The position numbers and the translations under genes were made by a program. The notes under the pieces were generated by a model that ran no database searches, was not told where the DNA came from, and was given only the letters and a program-made list of their open reading frames with translations. This document shows, piece by piece, positions 41,821 to 52,066 of a DNA stretch of 64,000 nucleotides. The stretch is from Corallococcus silvisoli (GTDB lineage: Bacteria; Myxococcota; Myxococcia; Myxococcales; Myxococcaceae), in contig NZ_JAAAPJ010000005.1 in NCBI RefSeq assembly GCF_009909145.1, positions 336,470 through 400,469 on the forward strand. The letters run 5' to 3'. Position 1 is the first letter of the stretch. Every line of letters begins with the position of its first letter.

Positions 41821-42846
41821 ATGCTGCTCGCCGCGGTCGTCCTCATCGTCATCGTCGCGCTCGTCTTCGACTTCATCAACGGCTTCCACGACGCCGCGAA
41901 CTCCATCGCCACGGTCGTCTCCACGCGCGTGCTGTCGCCCAACCTCGCGGTGGCCTGGGCGGCGTTCTTCAACTTCGTGGCTGCGTTCGCCGGCGGCGTT
42001 CACGTCGCCAACACCATGGGCAAGGGCATCATCAACTTCGACATGCTCCGCGCGGCCGGCCCCACCGCGGTGTTGATGGTCATCTTCTCCTCGCTCATCG
42101 GGGCCATCTCCTGGAACCTGCTCACTTGGTGGTGGGGGCTGCCCTCGTCGTCGTCGCACGCGCTGGCGGGCGGGATGATTGGCGCCACGCTGCCGGTGCT
42201 GGGCTTCCAGGGCCTGGTGGGCTCCGGCATCGCGCGCATCGCGGCGTTCATCGTGCTGTCGCCGCTCATCGGCATGGTGCTGGGCATCGGGATGATGGTG
42301 GCCAGCACGTGGGCGGTGCGCCGTCAGACGCCCCTGCGCGTGGACACCTGGTTCCGCAGGCTCCAGCTGGTGTCGTCCGCCATCTTCTCCTTCAGCCACG
42401 GCACCAACGACGCGCAGAAGGTGATGGGCATCATCGCCGTGGTGCTCTTCGGCACCATCTGGCGCGACCGGCCCTTCCACATCGACTGGTGGATGATCAT
42501 CTCCTGCCACGCCGCCATCGCGATGGGCACCTTCTTCGGCGGCTGGCGCATCATCCGCACCATGGGCCACAGCCTCACGAAGCTGGCGCCCATTGGCGGC
42601 TTCTGCGCGGAGACGGGCGGCGGCGTCACCATCATCGCGCTGGCGGAGCTGGGCATCCCCGTGTCCACCACCCACACCATCACCGGCGCCATCGTCGGCG
42701 TGGGGTCCACGCGCGGCTGGCGCGCGGTGAAGTGGGGCACCGCGGGACGCATCATCTGGGCGTGGGTGTTCACCATCCCCGCCGCCGCGCTGGTGTCCGT
42801 CATCGTCTACGGCATCACGCTGGCCATCGTCCAGATGGTGGGCTGA
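41821..42846 (+). CDS. Inorganic phosphate transporter, PiT family
   Basis: FDFINGFHDAANSIATVVSTRVL and the second-half repeat SFSHGTNDAQKVMG. ATG lies 1 nt after the DUF47 stop. Confidence 0.9.
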   Translation: MLLAAVVLIVIVALVFDFINGFHDAANSIATVVSTRVLSPNLAVAWAAFFNFVAAFAGGVHVANTMGKGIINFDMLRAAGPTAVLMVIFSSLIGAISWNLLTWWWGLPSSSSHALAGGMIGATLPVLGFQGLVGSGIARIAAFIVLSPLIGMVLGIGMMVASTWAVRRQTPLRVDTWFRRLQLVSSAIFSFSHGTNDAQKVMGIIAVVLFGTIWRDRPFHIDWWMIISCHAAIAMGTFFGGWRIIRTMGHSLTKLAPIGGFCAETGGGVTIIALAELGIPVSTTHTITGAIVGVGSTRGWRAVKWGTAGRIIWAWVFTIPAAALVSVIVYGITLAIVQMVG

Positions 42847-42872
42847 GCGCAAGAGCAGCGTCCCCCCACCCA

Positions 42873-42911
42873 GGGCGGGCCCCTTCGCGGGGGTCCGCCC
42901 TTCGTGTCTTT
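42873..42911 (+). terminator. Terminator-like hairpin after the PiT gene
   Basis: GGGCGGGCCCC-ttcgcg-GGGGTCCGCCC (11 bp including one G-U pair) followed by TTCGTGTCTTT. Confidence 0.5.
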
Positions 42912-42914
42912 GGA

Positions 42915-44702
42915 CTAATCCACGACGCGGGCGTTGGTCAGCGACGGCGGCCCGCCCAGCGCGGGCGGCGTCCAGGGGATCACCTTGCGGTTGCGCCACT
43001 CGACGAACTTGAGCGACGGGTCCTCCAGCGGCACGTCGAAGGTGAAGGAGATGCGCGTGGGGCCCTCCGCGTCCGCCTCCTCGATGCGCGCCTTCATGCC
43101 CTTCATGTCGAACTCATCCCCCTGCTTCACCGGGTAGTTCACGCCGCGGTAGATGCGCTCCTCCAGGATGTTGAGGTAGTGCTTCCCGTCCGTCAGCGAC
43201 AGCTCCAGCGAGTTGGGGCCGGTGCGCGTCACCTTCTGCTCCTCCGACTTGTAGGACAGCACCCACCAGTTCTTCGGCAGGGGCCGGCCCGAGGACCACC
43301 ACTGCACGGAGCCGTAGATGCCCACCGTGCCGCTGGGGGCGTTGAGCACCACCAGGCGCTGGTTCGGGAACTGCTCCAGGTCCAGGGCCTCCGCGTAGCG
43401 CAGGTTCACGCGCTTGAACAACGCGTCCACCTGCGAATAGAAGCCCGAGGTCTGCCACCAGACGTACGGCGCGCCCACGACGTGCAGGAGCGCCATCACC
43501 GCCGCGCCCGCCAGCACCGCGCCCGCCCGGGGCTTCAGCGCGCGGCCGCGCCACGCGCAGCGCAGCACCACCGCCAGCGCCACCGCCATGCCCAGGCTGG
43601 GCACGATGAGCGTGCGGGCGCCCGCCAGCGGCGAGCTGCCCAGCCACGTGGACAGGAACGAGCCCGTCAGCAGCCACTTCAGCGTCTTGCGCTCCGCCGG
43701 CTCCACCTGCGGCCACACGCCCCACAGGAGCAGCCCGAAGAACACCAGGCCCGCCGCGCCCAGCAGCTGGAAGGTGGGCACATAGGACGGGTCCAGGATG
43801 TAGTCGTTGGGCGCGCTGAGCGTCAGCCCCGCGATGGCGGCGGGCACGCGCGCGAACATCCCCATGAACCACTGCACCGGCGCCCCGTACGGATCCAGGT
43901 GCGTGTCCTGCCTCGCCGCGCCGTAGCCCAGCGCCTTGTACATGACGAGGAAGGCGGTCATCAGCGCGCCAAACGGGATGAGCGCCTTGAGCCGGTCGGA
44001 CGGCTTGCCCGGACCCGCGAAGGCCTCATAGGCGAGGACGTAGGGGATCATGATGAGCACCGTCTCCGCGCCCGCCAGGCCCAGCGCGAAGGCGATGAGC
44101 GACCCCACCAGCGCGCCCTTGCGCTGGCGCTCGCGCCACTCCATGTGCAGCCAGAGGCCCAGCACCCCGAAGAGCATGGACACCAGCAGCACGCGGTAGG
44201 ACAGCCAGCCCACCACCGCGCTGTGGGAGCCGTTGACGGCGAAGAGGAACAGCGCCAGCCCGGCCAGCCCCGTGGGCAGCAGCCGCCGGAACAGCACGCC
44301 CACCAGCATCACCAGGCCCACGTACCAGAGCAGCGAGTGCACGTGATACGCGACGGCGACGCGGTTGTAGAGCAGGTGATCCAGGCCGAACAGCGCGCTG
44401 CCCAGCGGCCGGAAGAAGGCCAGCTTCACCCCGGGCTCCACCCACCACGGGAAGATGCCCGCATGGGACATCTGCGCGGTGTGCTCCGCGACGCCCGTGG
44501 CCGTGCGGTACACGTCGAAGTGCGTGTTCGCCAGCGGCGCTGGCTGCGGCAGGTTGTCCCAGACGCCCAGCCAGACATAGTCGTCGAACATCCAGCCCGT
44601 GTTCAGCGTCAGCAGGCTGAGCGCCGCCGCGGCGACGACTGAAATCCAGAAATAGCGTCGAAACGGCCAACCACCGGAGGATGGCGGAGGAGAGGTATCC
44701 AT
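42915..44702 (-). CDS. Polytopic membrane protein, possibly a GT-C-type glycosyltransferase, with a C-terminal soluble domain
   Basis: Many hydrophobic helices. An Asp pair (MFDDYVW) lies after the first helix, as in GT-C enzymes. The functional call is weak. Confidence 0.6.
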   Translation of the reverse strand: MDTSPPPSSGGWPFRRYFWISVVAAAALSLLTLNTGWMFDDYVWLGVWDNLPQPAPLANTHFDVYRTATGVAEHTAQMSHAGIFPWWVEPGVKLAFFRPLGSALFGLDHLLYNRVAVAYHVHSLLWYVGLVMLVGVLFRRLLPTGLAGLALFLFAVNGSHSAVVGWLSYRVLLVSMLFGVLGLWLHMEWRERQRKGALVGSLIAFALGLAGAETVLIMIPYVLAYEAFAGPGKPSDRLKALIPFGALMTAFLVMYKALGYGAARQDTHLDPYGAPVQWFMGMFARVPAAIAGLTLSAPNDYILDPSYVPTFQLLGAAGLVFFGLLLWGVWPQVEPAERKTLKWLLTGSFLSTWLGSSPLAGARTLIVPSLGMAVALAVVLRCAWRGRALKPRAGAVLAGAAVMALLHVVGAPYVWWQTSGFYSQVDALFKRVNLRYAEALDLEQFPNQRLVVLNAPSGTVGIYGSVQWWSSGRPLPKNWWVLSYKSEEQKVTRTGPNSLELSLTDGKHYLNILEERIYRGVNYPVKQGDEFDMKGMKARIEEADAEGPTRISFTFDVPLEDPSLKFVEWRNRKVIPWTPPALGGPPSLTNARVVD

Positions 44703-44921
44703 GTTTCAAAGATCTATCAGCAGCGCCCCCCGACGAGATAGGTCCTGCCGGGTCGTCCGCTGACACCGGAAACACGCGGAGTGCGTCGCGGCCCGCGGAG
44801 ATCCTTTGCCACTGCCCGGACTCCGGGTGATTCTCGGCGAACGGAGGGGGCCGCGGTCCGGCAGAGGCAACCGCGAACGGGCGCGGGGCGTTCCTTCCGT
44901 GCCCTCGTCCGGAGCGCACGC

Positions 44922-46337
44922 ATGCGCATCGCCATCATCGCCACGTACACCCATCCGACCCGCCTGCGGATCAAGGAACCCTCCATCATGCAGTCCTCCG
45001 TGCCGGAGCTGATCGCCGGCCTGTGCCCGGAGCACGCGCAGGTGGAGATCTTCAACGAGAAGGAGGCCGACCTGCCGTTGGACAGGCACTGGGACCTGGT
45101 CTTCTTCTCGTACCTGCACTCGTACTACGAGCACACCAAGGTGCTCTCCACCCTCTTCCGTCAGCGCGGCATGACGACGGTGGCGGGCGGGCGGCACGCC
45201 AGCCACTTCCCCGACGACGCGGCCCTCTATTTCGACGCGGTCATCACCGGCGAGCCCGAATCCAACGTGCCCGCGCTCATCGCCGACTTCGAGAAGGGCG
45301 AGCTGAAGCCGCGCTACAGCCTGCCGTCGCAGGGCGCCGCGGCCATCCGCCCGTACCGCTACGAGCTCATCGACTTCACGCACAACAAGGTGCGCCTGCC
45401 GGGCATCGAGGCGTCGCGAGGCTGCCCCTTCACCTGCAACTTCTGCGTGCTCACCGGCCACGAGCGCTACCGCTTCCGCCCCATCCCCGAGGTCATCGAC
45501 GAGATCCAGACGCGCATGCGCTGGAACCCGAACTTCCTGGGGCTGATGGATGACGCCTTCGTCTTCCTGGACAACAACCTGGGCGGCTCCCCCAAGTACC
45601 TGCGCGCGCTTTGCGAAGCGCTCATCCCCTTGAAGAAGACCTGGGGCTGCGCCCTCACCTTCAACGTGCTCAAGGATGAAGCGCTGGTGAAGCTGATGGC
45701 GAAGGCGGGCTGCCGCTACGTCTACACCGGCCTGGAGTCCCTCAACCCGGACTCCATCAAGGCGATGAACAAGGGGCAGAACAAGCTGTCGGAGGTGGAC
45801 GCCGTCATCCGCCGCGTCTTCTCCGCCGGCATCCTGCTGTCCTTCGGGCTCATCGTCGGCTCGGACGGCGACACCAACGAATACCTGCACCGGCTGCCGG
45901 AGTACCTGGCGGACCTGAAGTACTTCTCCGTCACCTTCCTGGGCATCGTGTGCCCGTATCCGGAGACGCCCTTCTTTCGCGAGCTCCAGGCGGACAACCG
46001 GCTGCTGCCGGGCACCACCAGCCGCGACTATGACGGCTACACGCTGTGCCACCGGCCCAAGCAGCTCCACGGGTCGGAGGTGGTGGAGCACTTCCGCCGG
46101 CTGTGTCACACGCTGGGGAGCCTGCCCAACATCGCGCGGCACTACGCGTCCAAGCTGATGATGAGCGACCTGCCCCGCTACAAGCAGACCATCCTCTTCT
46201 CCGGGCCGGAGATCATCAGCATCCGCAACCCGGTGAAGAACCCGGCGCGCCGCTACATCGCGGGCCTGGACGCCATCGAGGAGTGGGACGTGAAGCAGAT
46301 GGCCGCGCTGGGCCTCAAGCCCCAGCTTCTGACCTGA
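44922..46337 (+). CDS. B12-binding-domain radical SAM enzyme
   Basis: N-terminal Rossmann-like MRIAIIATY...VFFSYLH...VAGGRHAS, followed by the radical SAM cluster motif CPFTCNFC. The track ORF is trimmed to ATG 44922. Confidence 0.85.
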   Translation: MRIAIIATYTHPTRLRIKEPSIMQSSVPELIAGLCPEHAQVEIFNEKEADLPLDRHWDLVFFSYLHSYYEHTKVLSTLFRQRGMTTVAGGRHASHFPDDAALYFDAVITGEPESNVPALIADFEKGELKPRYSLPSQGAAAIRPYRYELIDFTHNKVRLPGIEASRGCPFTCNFCVLTGHERYRFRPIPEVIDEIQTRMRWNPNFLGLMDDAFVFLDNNLGGSPKYLRALCEALIPLKKTWGCALTFNVLKDEALVKLMAKAGCRYVYTGLESLNPDSIKAMNKGQNKLSEVDAVIRRVFSAGILLSFGLIVGSDGDTNEYLHRLPEYLADLKYFSVTFLGIVCPYPETPFFRELQADNRLLPGTTSRDYDGYTLCHRPKQLHGSEVVEHFRRLCHTLGSLPNIARHYASKLMMSDLPRYKQTILFSGPEIISIRNPVKNPARRYIAGLDAIEEWDVKQMAALGLKPQLLT

Positions 46338-47145
46338 GCCGGGACGGCAGGCGCACGTCCCACGCCAGCCCCACGGCCTGGAGCGCGCGGATGAAGAGCC
46401 AGCCTGGATCCCACTGCCACCACACCCAGCCATGCCGCGCGGACGCGGGGAAGGCGTGGTGGTTGTTGTGCCAGCCCTCGCCCAGCGCGAGGACGCTCAC
46501 CCACCACACGTTCCGGCTCTGGTCGCGCGTGTCGTGGACGCGCGAGCCGAACGCGGCGTGGCACACGGAGTTCACCGCGTAGGTGCTCTGCATCCAGCAC
46601 ACCACCGGCAGGAAGAAGTACGCGGGCACCGCGCGCCAGCCGAACGTCAGCCCCACCGCGAGCACCGCCAGCACCTGCGGCGCGATCCGGTAGCGCAGGA
46701 GCCAGTGGTAGTAGCCGTCCTGCGCCATGTCGCGGCACCAGGTGCGCCAGCCGTCCTCCTCCGTGGAGGCCTCGTTGAGGATCCACCCCATGTGCGCGTA
46801 CCAGAAGCCGCGCACGGGCGAATGCACGTCGCCCTCCATGTCCGCCTTCGCGTGATGCAGCCGGTGGTTGGCGGCCCACAGCAGCGGGCTGCCCTGGGCC
46901 GTCAGCATGGCCACCGTCACCAGCGCGTACTCCACCCAGCGGGGGCAGGCGAAGGCCCGGTGGCAGAGGAGCCGGTGCAGCCCCACCGTGGTGCCCAGCC
47001 CGATGGACACGTACACCCCCAGCGCCACCGGCAGCGCGTACGGAGGCCACGGGAGGAAGAAGGCCAGCGCGGCCAGCGCATGCACCACGAGCATGTAGCC
47101 GACGATGACGGGACTGAACCGGAAGCGGAGCGGAGCGGTGGTCAT
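46315..47145 (-). CDS. Acyl-CoA (delta-9-type) fatty-acid desaturase
   Basis: Histidine boxes HRLLCH, HRLHH and HNNHH. Only the last 276 codons of track ORF 46315-49815 are used. The 3' end overlaps the radical SAM gene by 23 bp. Confidence 0.85.
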   Translation of the reverse strand: MTTAPLRFRFSPVIVGYMLVVHALAALAFFLPWPPYALPVALGVYVSIGLGTTVGLHRLLCHRAFACPRWVEYALVTVAMLTAQGSPLLWAANHRLHHAKADMEGDVHSPVRGFWYAHMGWILNEASTEEDGWRTWCRDMAQDGYYHWLLRYRIAPQVLAVLAVGLTFGWRAVPAYFFLPVVCWMQSTYAVNSVCHAAFGSRVHDTRDQSRNVWWVSVLALGEGWHNNHHAFPASARHGWVWWQWDPGWLFIRALQAVGLAWDVRLPSRLRSEAGA

Positions 47146-47216
47146 GGCCTGGTGCGGAGTCGAAGGGGAGGCACGCAGCGTAGGGGCCGGGCCTGACGGC
47201 GCGGGGGGATGCACGG

Positions 47217-50200
47217 TCACCCCCCCCGCGCGGCGCGGAGCGGCGGGAGCGCCGCGGTGCCGGGCAGCAGGGCCTGCATCGCGGCCTGGAAGCGGTCCAT
47301 GCGGCGCAGCTCCGCGTGGGCCTCCACCTGCGTGAAGATGGCCCGGGCGCGGGCCAGGAACGCGTCCCGCCGGTGCGGCAGCGCCACCGCCGCGTCGAAG
47401 TAGGCCACGCCCGTCTCCCAGCGGTTGGGGCTCTTCTCCAGGACGGCGATGGCCTCCAGGAACACCGGCTCCGCGGCCCTCGGGCCCTTGCGCAGGGCCA
47501 GGGCGCGCGCCGTCACGCGCAGCGCCGGGCCCTTGAGGTACGGGTACAGCCGGGCGATCACGCGCGCCTTGAGGCAGGCCAGCCGCACGATGCGCAGCAG
47601 CTTCTTGCGCGACACCACCGTGGCGCCCTCCTCCAGCGCGAAGAGGGCCGCCTCCGCCGCGTCCACCAGCCCCACCTGGAGGAAGGGCACCAGCACCTGG
47701 TAGCTCCAGATGCTCTTGAAGCAGCGCACCGCGACGAGCGCCGCCTCCTCCACCTGGTGCTCGCGCACGGTGACGTTGGCCAGGTGGTTGAGGCTCGCGC
47801 ACTGGTTGGCCAGGTCCGCCACCTCCATGCTGATGCGCAGGCCCTGCTCCATCTCCGCGCACAGCTCGCCGACGTCGCCTTCGCCCAGCAGGTAGCGGCA
47901 CATGGGCGCCCACGAGTGCGCCCAGCCCTGGTGCATCAGCGCGTTGAGCTCCAGGCCAATGGTCCCCATCTGCTCGTAGAGCGACTCCGCCGTCCGGAAG
48001 CGCGAGTGGAGGAACTCCCCTGTCGCCTGCATCATCAGGGACGTCTGGCGCTCCCAGCGCTCGCCCACCTGGCGCAGCGTGGAGACGGCCTCCTCCTGGA
48101 ACTCCCGCGCGCGCTCCAGCTCGTTGGCGAAGAAGGCCTGGATGCCCAGGCGGCTGAGCGCGAGCCCCTCCGCCACGGGGTCGCGGGAGCGCAGTGCGTA
48201 GGTGAGCGCCCGCTCGCAGTGCAGCCGCGCGCGCTTGAGCAACCCCGCGCCGAACAGCAGCGTGCCGTAATAGCCGCTGGCGAGGCTCATGGCGTAGTCG
48301 CTGCGCGAGCGCTCCGCCATGTTGGTGGACACCAGCGTCGCCCAGGTGAGCTTGGTGATGTCCGCGAAGTAGTAGATGCGGATGAGCGAGTTGAGCGTGG
48401 ACAGCTGCTGGAGGTAGTTGCCCAGCCGCGACGCGGGCAGCGGCCGCAGCACGAACGGCATCAGCGTGGCCAGCCCCCGGAGGAGCAGGTTGCCCAGCGT
48501 CCGCGCGCCCAGCGCGGCCAGGTTCCCGGGGAGGCTGCGGCCTCGGAGGACCAGCGACTGCTCCAGGTGCTGCGTGGCCAGCGCGGACTCGCCCTTCTCC
48601 TGGTGCGCGCGGCCCAGGCCCAGGTGCAGCTCCGCCTGCTGCGGCACCTCCTCCTCGTCCACCAGGCACTGCTCGAACATCAGGATGGCGTTGGCGTAGT
48701 GGCCCGCCTGGAGCAGCGTCTCCGCCAGCTCCTGCATCACCCGGCGCGTCTTCAGCAGCATCGCCTCCGGGTCCACCGGCACGACGGTGCCCAGGAGCTC
48801 CAACCCCCGGTTGTAGTGGTAGAGGGCGTCGTCGTTGGCGTACTGCGCCCGCGCGCTGCGGGCCGCCATCAGCGTGTACTCCAGGCCCTTGTCCTCCACG
48901 TTGCCCGCGAGGAAGTGGAACGCGAGCAGACCCGCGGAGCCCGCGAGGTTGTCGCTCGCGCGGGCCTCCAGGTAGCGCGCGAGCCGGCGGTGCAGGTCCT
49001 CGCGCGCCGACACCAGCAGCGTGTTGTAGGCCACGTCGCGGATGACGATGTGCTTGAAGAGGCAGGTGTAGGGCTCCTCCGCCTCCAGGAGGGTGAGGCC
49101 CAGGCGCCGGAGCGTGTCCATGGCCTCGCGGAGCCTCGGGCCGGCCAGGGAGGGCACCAGCGCCGCCACCGCGTCCAGCGTGAAGATGCGCCCGATGACG
49201 GACGCCACCTTCACCACCAGCTTCTCCGTCTCGCTCAGCAGGTCGATGCGCGACAGCACCACGTCCTGGATGGAGTCCGGGAGCAGCAGGTCCTGCAGGC
49301 CGCGCTTCACCTCCATCCGCGACGCGCCGGGCTCCACCGGTCCCAGGTAGCCCTGCTCCGCCAGGCCCTCCACGATGGACTCGATGAAGAACGGGTTGCC
49401 CTGCACCTTCGCGAGCAGCCGCTCCTCCAGCGCCACGTCCGGCGGCGACAAGCGCAGGTGCACGCGCAGGAGCGCTCGCGTGTCCTCGTCGTCCAGGCTG
49501 CTCAGGTCCACCGGACAGTACTCGGGCGTGTCGCGCAGCCCCTTGAGCTGGTCGCCCGGGCGCATCGTCGCCAGCACCATGATGCGGTGCGACCCCACGC
49601 GCGCCGCGAGGTGCTGGAGCAGGTCCAACGAGATGTAGTCCGCCCAGTGCAGGTCCTCGAAGAAGAGCAGCAGCGGCTGCGCGTGGCTGAGCTTCTCCAG
49701 GAGCTGGAAGACGATCTGGAACACCTTCTGCTGCTTGCGCCTCGCGTCCATCCCCGCCGTGACGGACGTCTCCTCCAGGGACATGCCCAGGATGCCCGCG
49801 ACCACGGGCATCCACTCCGGCCCCACGTCCTCCAGGCCGTCCAGCCCCTGCCGCAGGCGCGTCAGCTGCGCCTCCGTGTCATCCGAGTCGTGCAGCCCGA
49901 AGGCCTGGAGCAGCACTTCCTTCCAGGGGAAGAAGGGGGTGAACATCTCGTAGGAGTAGCAGACGCCGTACAGCGCCCGCGCGCCGCCCTCCTCCGCGTC
50001 CTCCAGGACGCGCGCGCCCAGCCGTGACTTGCCGATGCCGGCCTCGCCGGACACCACGCACACGCGGCCCTGGCCGGTGAACGACGCGTTCAGCGCCTCA
50101 TGCAGCACGTTCAGCTCACGGCTGCGGCCGATGATGTCGCCCCGGCCCTTGATGAAGAGGCCGCGGCGCGTCTCCCCCAGCAGCCGGTACACCGGCACCG

Positions 50201-51509
50201 TGCGCGAGACGCCCTTGAGCTTCGCGTCCTCCACGAACTCGGTGGCGAAGCCGCCCTGCAGCGAGCGGGCCTGGGTGTTGGCGCACAGGTGCACGCCGCT
50301 CTGGCGTCCGCCGTGCGTCATCAAGCGCGCGGCCATGTTCACGACCTCGCCCAGCGCCGAGTACCCCTTGCGCGTCGGGGAGCCCATGTCCCCGCAGTAG
50401 GCGTGGCCGGTGGCGATGCCGATCTGCAGCTCGTCCAGGAACGGGAACGACTCCCGGGCCTTGAGCAGCTTGCAGGCCAGCCGGCACGCCAGCACCTCCT
50501 TGTTCTGCTGGGCGGTGGGCGCGCCGAACAGGACGTAGAGCACGTTGCCCTTGTCCGTGAAGTCCGTCATCAGCAGCACGCCGCCGTGGTGGGCGCTCTC
50601 GCGCTGGACGAACTCGTAGTAGGCGTTGAGGTCGCGGGTGAACGCGCCGGGGTCGTGGTCCGACGTCGCATGCGTGAAGCGCACGAAGAAGCAGGTGACG
50701 TCGCGGAAGTCTCCGGTGAACTCCTGGTGCGCGGTGGTGATCTTCGTGAAGAGCACCGGGTGCAGCAGGAGCGCGCACCGGCCCACCAGCTCCGCCCCTC
50801 CCGTGGGCGGCGGCAGCGGGCGCTTGACGGAGTCCACCGGCGCGTCGAGCGCCAGCCGGTGGTTGCCGCCCTCGCGGGGCTCCCCCCTTCGCGCGGCTTC
50901 CGGCAACACGTCCCACGCACGGGGGCTGAGCACCACCTCCGACACCGTGGCCTGCTTCTCCGCGCCCACCGCCTGCGCCAGCGGCTCGCCCACGAGCGCC
51001 GGGTGCATCCACAGGCCGGTGCTCCCCATCACGATGCGGGTGGACTCACCAAAGCCGATGCCGATGCGCGACGACACGCCGAAGCGCTGACCCAACAGCT
51101 CCAGCCGCGCGAAGCGCGCGAGCCGCCGCTGCACGCCCAGCGCGCACACCGCCGCGCGCTGCACGACGTCTGCGTCCGCCTCGCCGGGCGCGGCCTCGAA
51201 GCACGCGAGGATGGAGTCTCCGGCGAACTGGTAGATGTCCCCGCCGTGGTCGCGGACCACGTCGATCATCTCCGTGTAGTAGTTCGTGAGCAGCCGCTGG
51301 AGCGCGTCGATGCCTCGCGGACCCGCGCCGCTCAGCCCCACCACGATGGGCGTGAAGCCCGCGATGTCCAGCAGCAGGATGGCGCCCCGCACGGCTTCCG
51401 CGTGCGGCAGCGAATCCGCCTCATGGCTCCCGAGCCGCGCGAGGATGGCCGCCGGCATGTAGGGCGCCAGCGCCGCGACCACCGGATCAATGGGCTGCGT
51501 GGAGGACAT
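47217..51509 (-). CDS. Tandem class III adenylate/guanylate cyclase domains fused to a P-loop NTPase and TPR-like repeats
   Basis: Two cyclase homology domains (LLLDIAGFT..., FVRFTHAT...GDKGNVLYVLFG...). Walker A SGEAGIGKSRL. Long helical repeat C-terminus. Confidence 0.88.
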   Translation of the reverse strand: MSSTQPIDPVVAALAPYMPAAILARLGSHEADSLPHAEAVRGAILLLDIAGFTPIVVGLSGAGPRGIDALQRLLTNYYTEMIDVVRDHGGDIYQFAGDSILACFEAAPGEADADVVQRAAVCALGVQRRLARFARLELLGQRFGVSSRIGIGFGESTRIVMGSTGLWMHPALVGEPLAQAVGAEKQATVSEVVLSPRAWDVLPEAARRGEPREGGNHRLALDAPVDSVKRPLPPPTGGAELVGRCALLLHPVLFTKITTAHQEFTGDFRDVTCFFVRFTHATSDHDPGAFTRDLNAYYEFVQRESAHHGGVLLMTDFTDKGNVLYVLFGAPTAQQNKEVLACRLACKLLKARESFPFLDELQIGIATGHAYCGDMGSPTRKGYSALGEVVNMAARLMTHGGRQSGVHLCANTQARSLQGGFATEFVEDAKLKGVSRTVPVYRLLGETRRGLFIKGRGDIIGRSRELNVLHEALNASFTGQGRVCVVSGEAGIGKSRLGARVLEDAEEGGARALYGVCYSYEMFTPFFPWKEVLLQAFGLHDSDDTEAQLTRLRQGLDGLEDVGPEWMPVVAGILGMSLEETSVTAGMDARRKQQKVFQIVFQLLEKLSHAQPLLLFFEDLHWADYISLDLLQHLAARVGSHRIMVLATMRPGDQLKGLRDTPEYCPVDLSSLDDEDTRALLRVHLRLSPPDVALEERLLAKVQGNPFFIESIVEGLAEQGYLGPVEPGASRMEVKRGLQDLLLPDSIQDVVLSRIDLLSETEKLVVKVASVIGRIFTLDAVAALVPSLAGPRLREAMDTLRRLGLTLLEAEEPYTCLFKHIVIRDVAYNTLLVSAREDLHRRLARYLEARASDNLAGSAGLLAFHFLAGNVEDKGLEYTLMAARSARAQYANDDALYHYNRGLELLGTVVPVDPEAMLLKTRRVMQELAETLLQAGHYANAILMFEQCLVDEEEVPQQAELHLGLGRAHQEKGESALATQHLEQSLVLRGRSLPGNLAALGARTLGNLLLRGLATLMPFVLRPLPASRLGNYLQQLSTLNSLIRIYYFADITKLTWATLVSTNMAERSRSDYAMSLASGYYGTLLFGAGLLKRARLHCERALTYALRSRDPVAEGLALSRLGIQAFFANELERAREFQEEAVSTLRQVGERWERQTSLMMQATGEFLHSRFRTAESLYEQMGTIGLELNALMHQGWAHSWAPMCRYLLGEGDVGELCAEMEQGLRISMEVADLANQCASLNHLANVTVREHQVEEAALVAVRCFKSIWSYQVLVPFLQVGLVDAAEAALFALEEGATVVSRKKLLRIVRLACLKARVIARLYPYLKGPALRVTARALALRKGPRAAEPVFLEAIAVLEKSPNRWETGVAYFDAAVALPHRRDAFLARARAIFTQVEAHAELRRMDRFQAAMQALLPGTAALPPLRAARGG

Positions 51510-51525
51510 CCCCAGGGCCTTCCGC

Positions 51526-51927
51526 TCAGGACAGCGTGGCGTAGCGAAGGTACAGGGCCCCCACGCACACCAGGCCGTAGAGGGGAATCTCCGCCGTCTC
51601 CGTCCAGGGCTGCTGCTTCATCACCGCGCCCCAGATGTGCACCGCCGTCATCAGCCCGCCAATCAGGCCGATGAGCTCGAAGATGACCAGGTGGCTCTTG
51701 GGGTCCGGAATGAACCGCACCACCGCGATGATGACGGACAGCGCCAGGCCCCCCAGGCAGCGCGCGAAGTAGACCGTCAGGTCGTTGTTGCCCGTGGGCA
51801 GCTCCCACCCGAACCAGCGCGCCCACCGCAGTGGGACGAACAGCAACGGCAGTGCGTAGACGATCAGGAACAGCGACGTGGAGAGCGCGAGGAACCAGCT
51901 GGCCAGCGGATAGTCGGGGTTGATCAT
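51526..51927 (-). CDS. Small integral membrane protein (133 aa, 4 predicted helices)
   Basis: MINPDYPLASWFLALSTSLFLIVYALPLLF... High GC3. Ends 16 nt upstream of the cyclase gene. Confidence 0.7.
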   Translation of the reverse strand: MINPDYPLASWFLALSTSLFLIVYALPLLFVPLRWARWFGWELPTGNNDLTVYFARCLGGLALSVIIAVVRFIPDPKSHLVIFELIGLIGGLMTAVHIWGAVMKQQPWTETAEIPLYGLVCVGALYLRYATLS

Positions 51928-52066
51928 GGTGGCGAACGTGGCAGGGGCCTGGCGTCCGCGATGCCGGGCGCACCCTGCCCCACGTGTCCATCCTAGAATC
52001 TTTTCCCACCCCGTGGGGTACCTTCCCCCCACCCACCAAGGCCGGTGGGTCGCCTGCCCCGGCCGG

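Noticed and set aside
47146-49815. Upstream ~890 codons of track ORF 46315-49815, and the 903-aa plus-strand ORF 47316-50027
   Set aside because: They overlap the 1430-aa cyclase/STAND gene in other frames. Only the last 276 codons (from ATG 47145) show desaturase His boxes. The rest is Ala/Gly/Arg/Pro-rich.
51939-51954. Sigma-54-like element TGGCAGGGGCCTGGCG on the plus strand
   Set aside because: It has mismatches at two conserved positions. The next plus-strand gene is about 900 bp away, beyond an intervening minus-strand gene.
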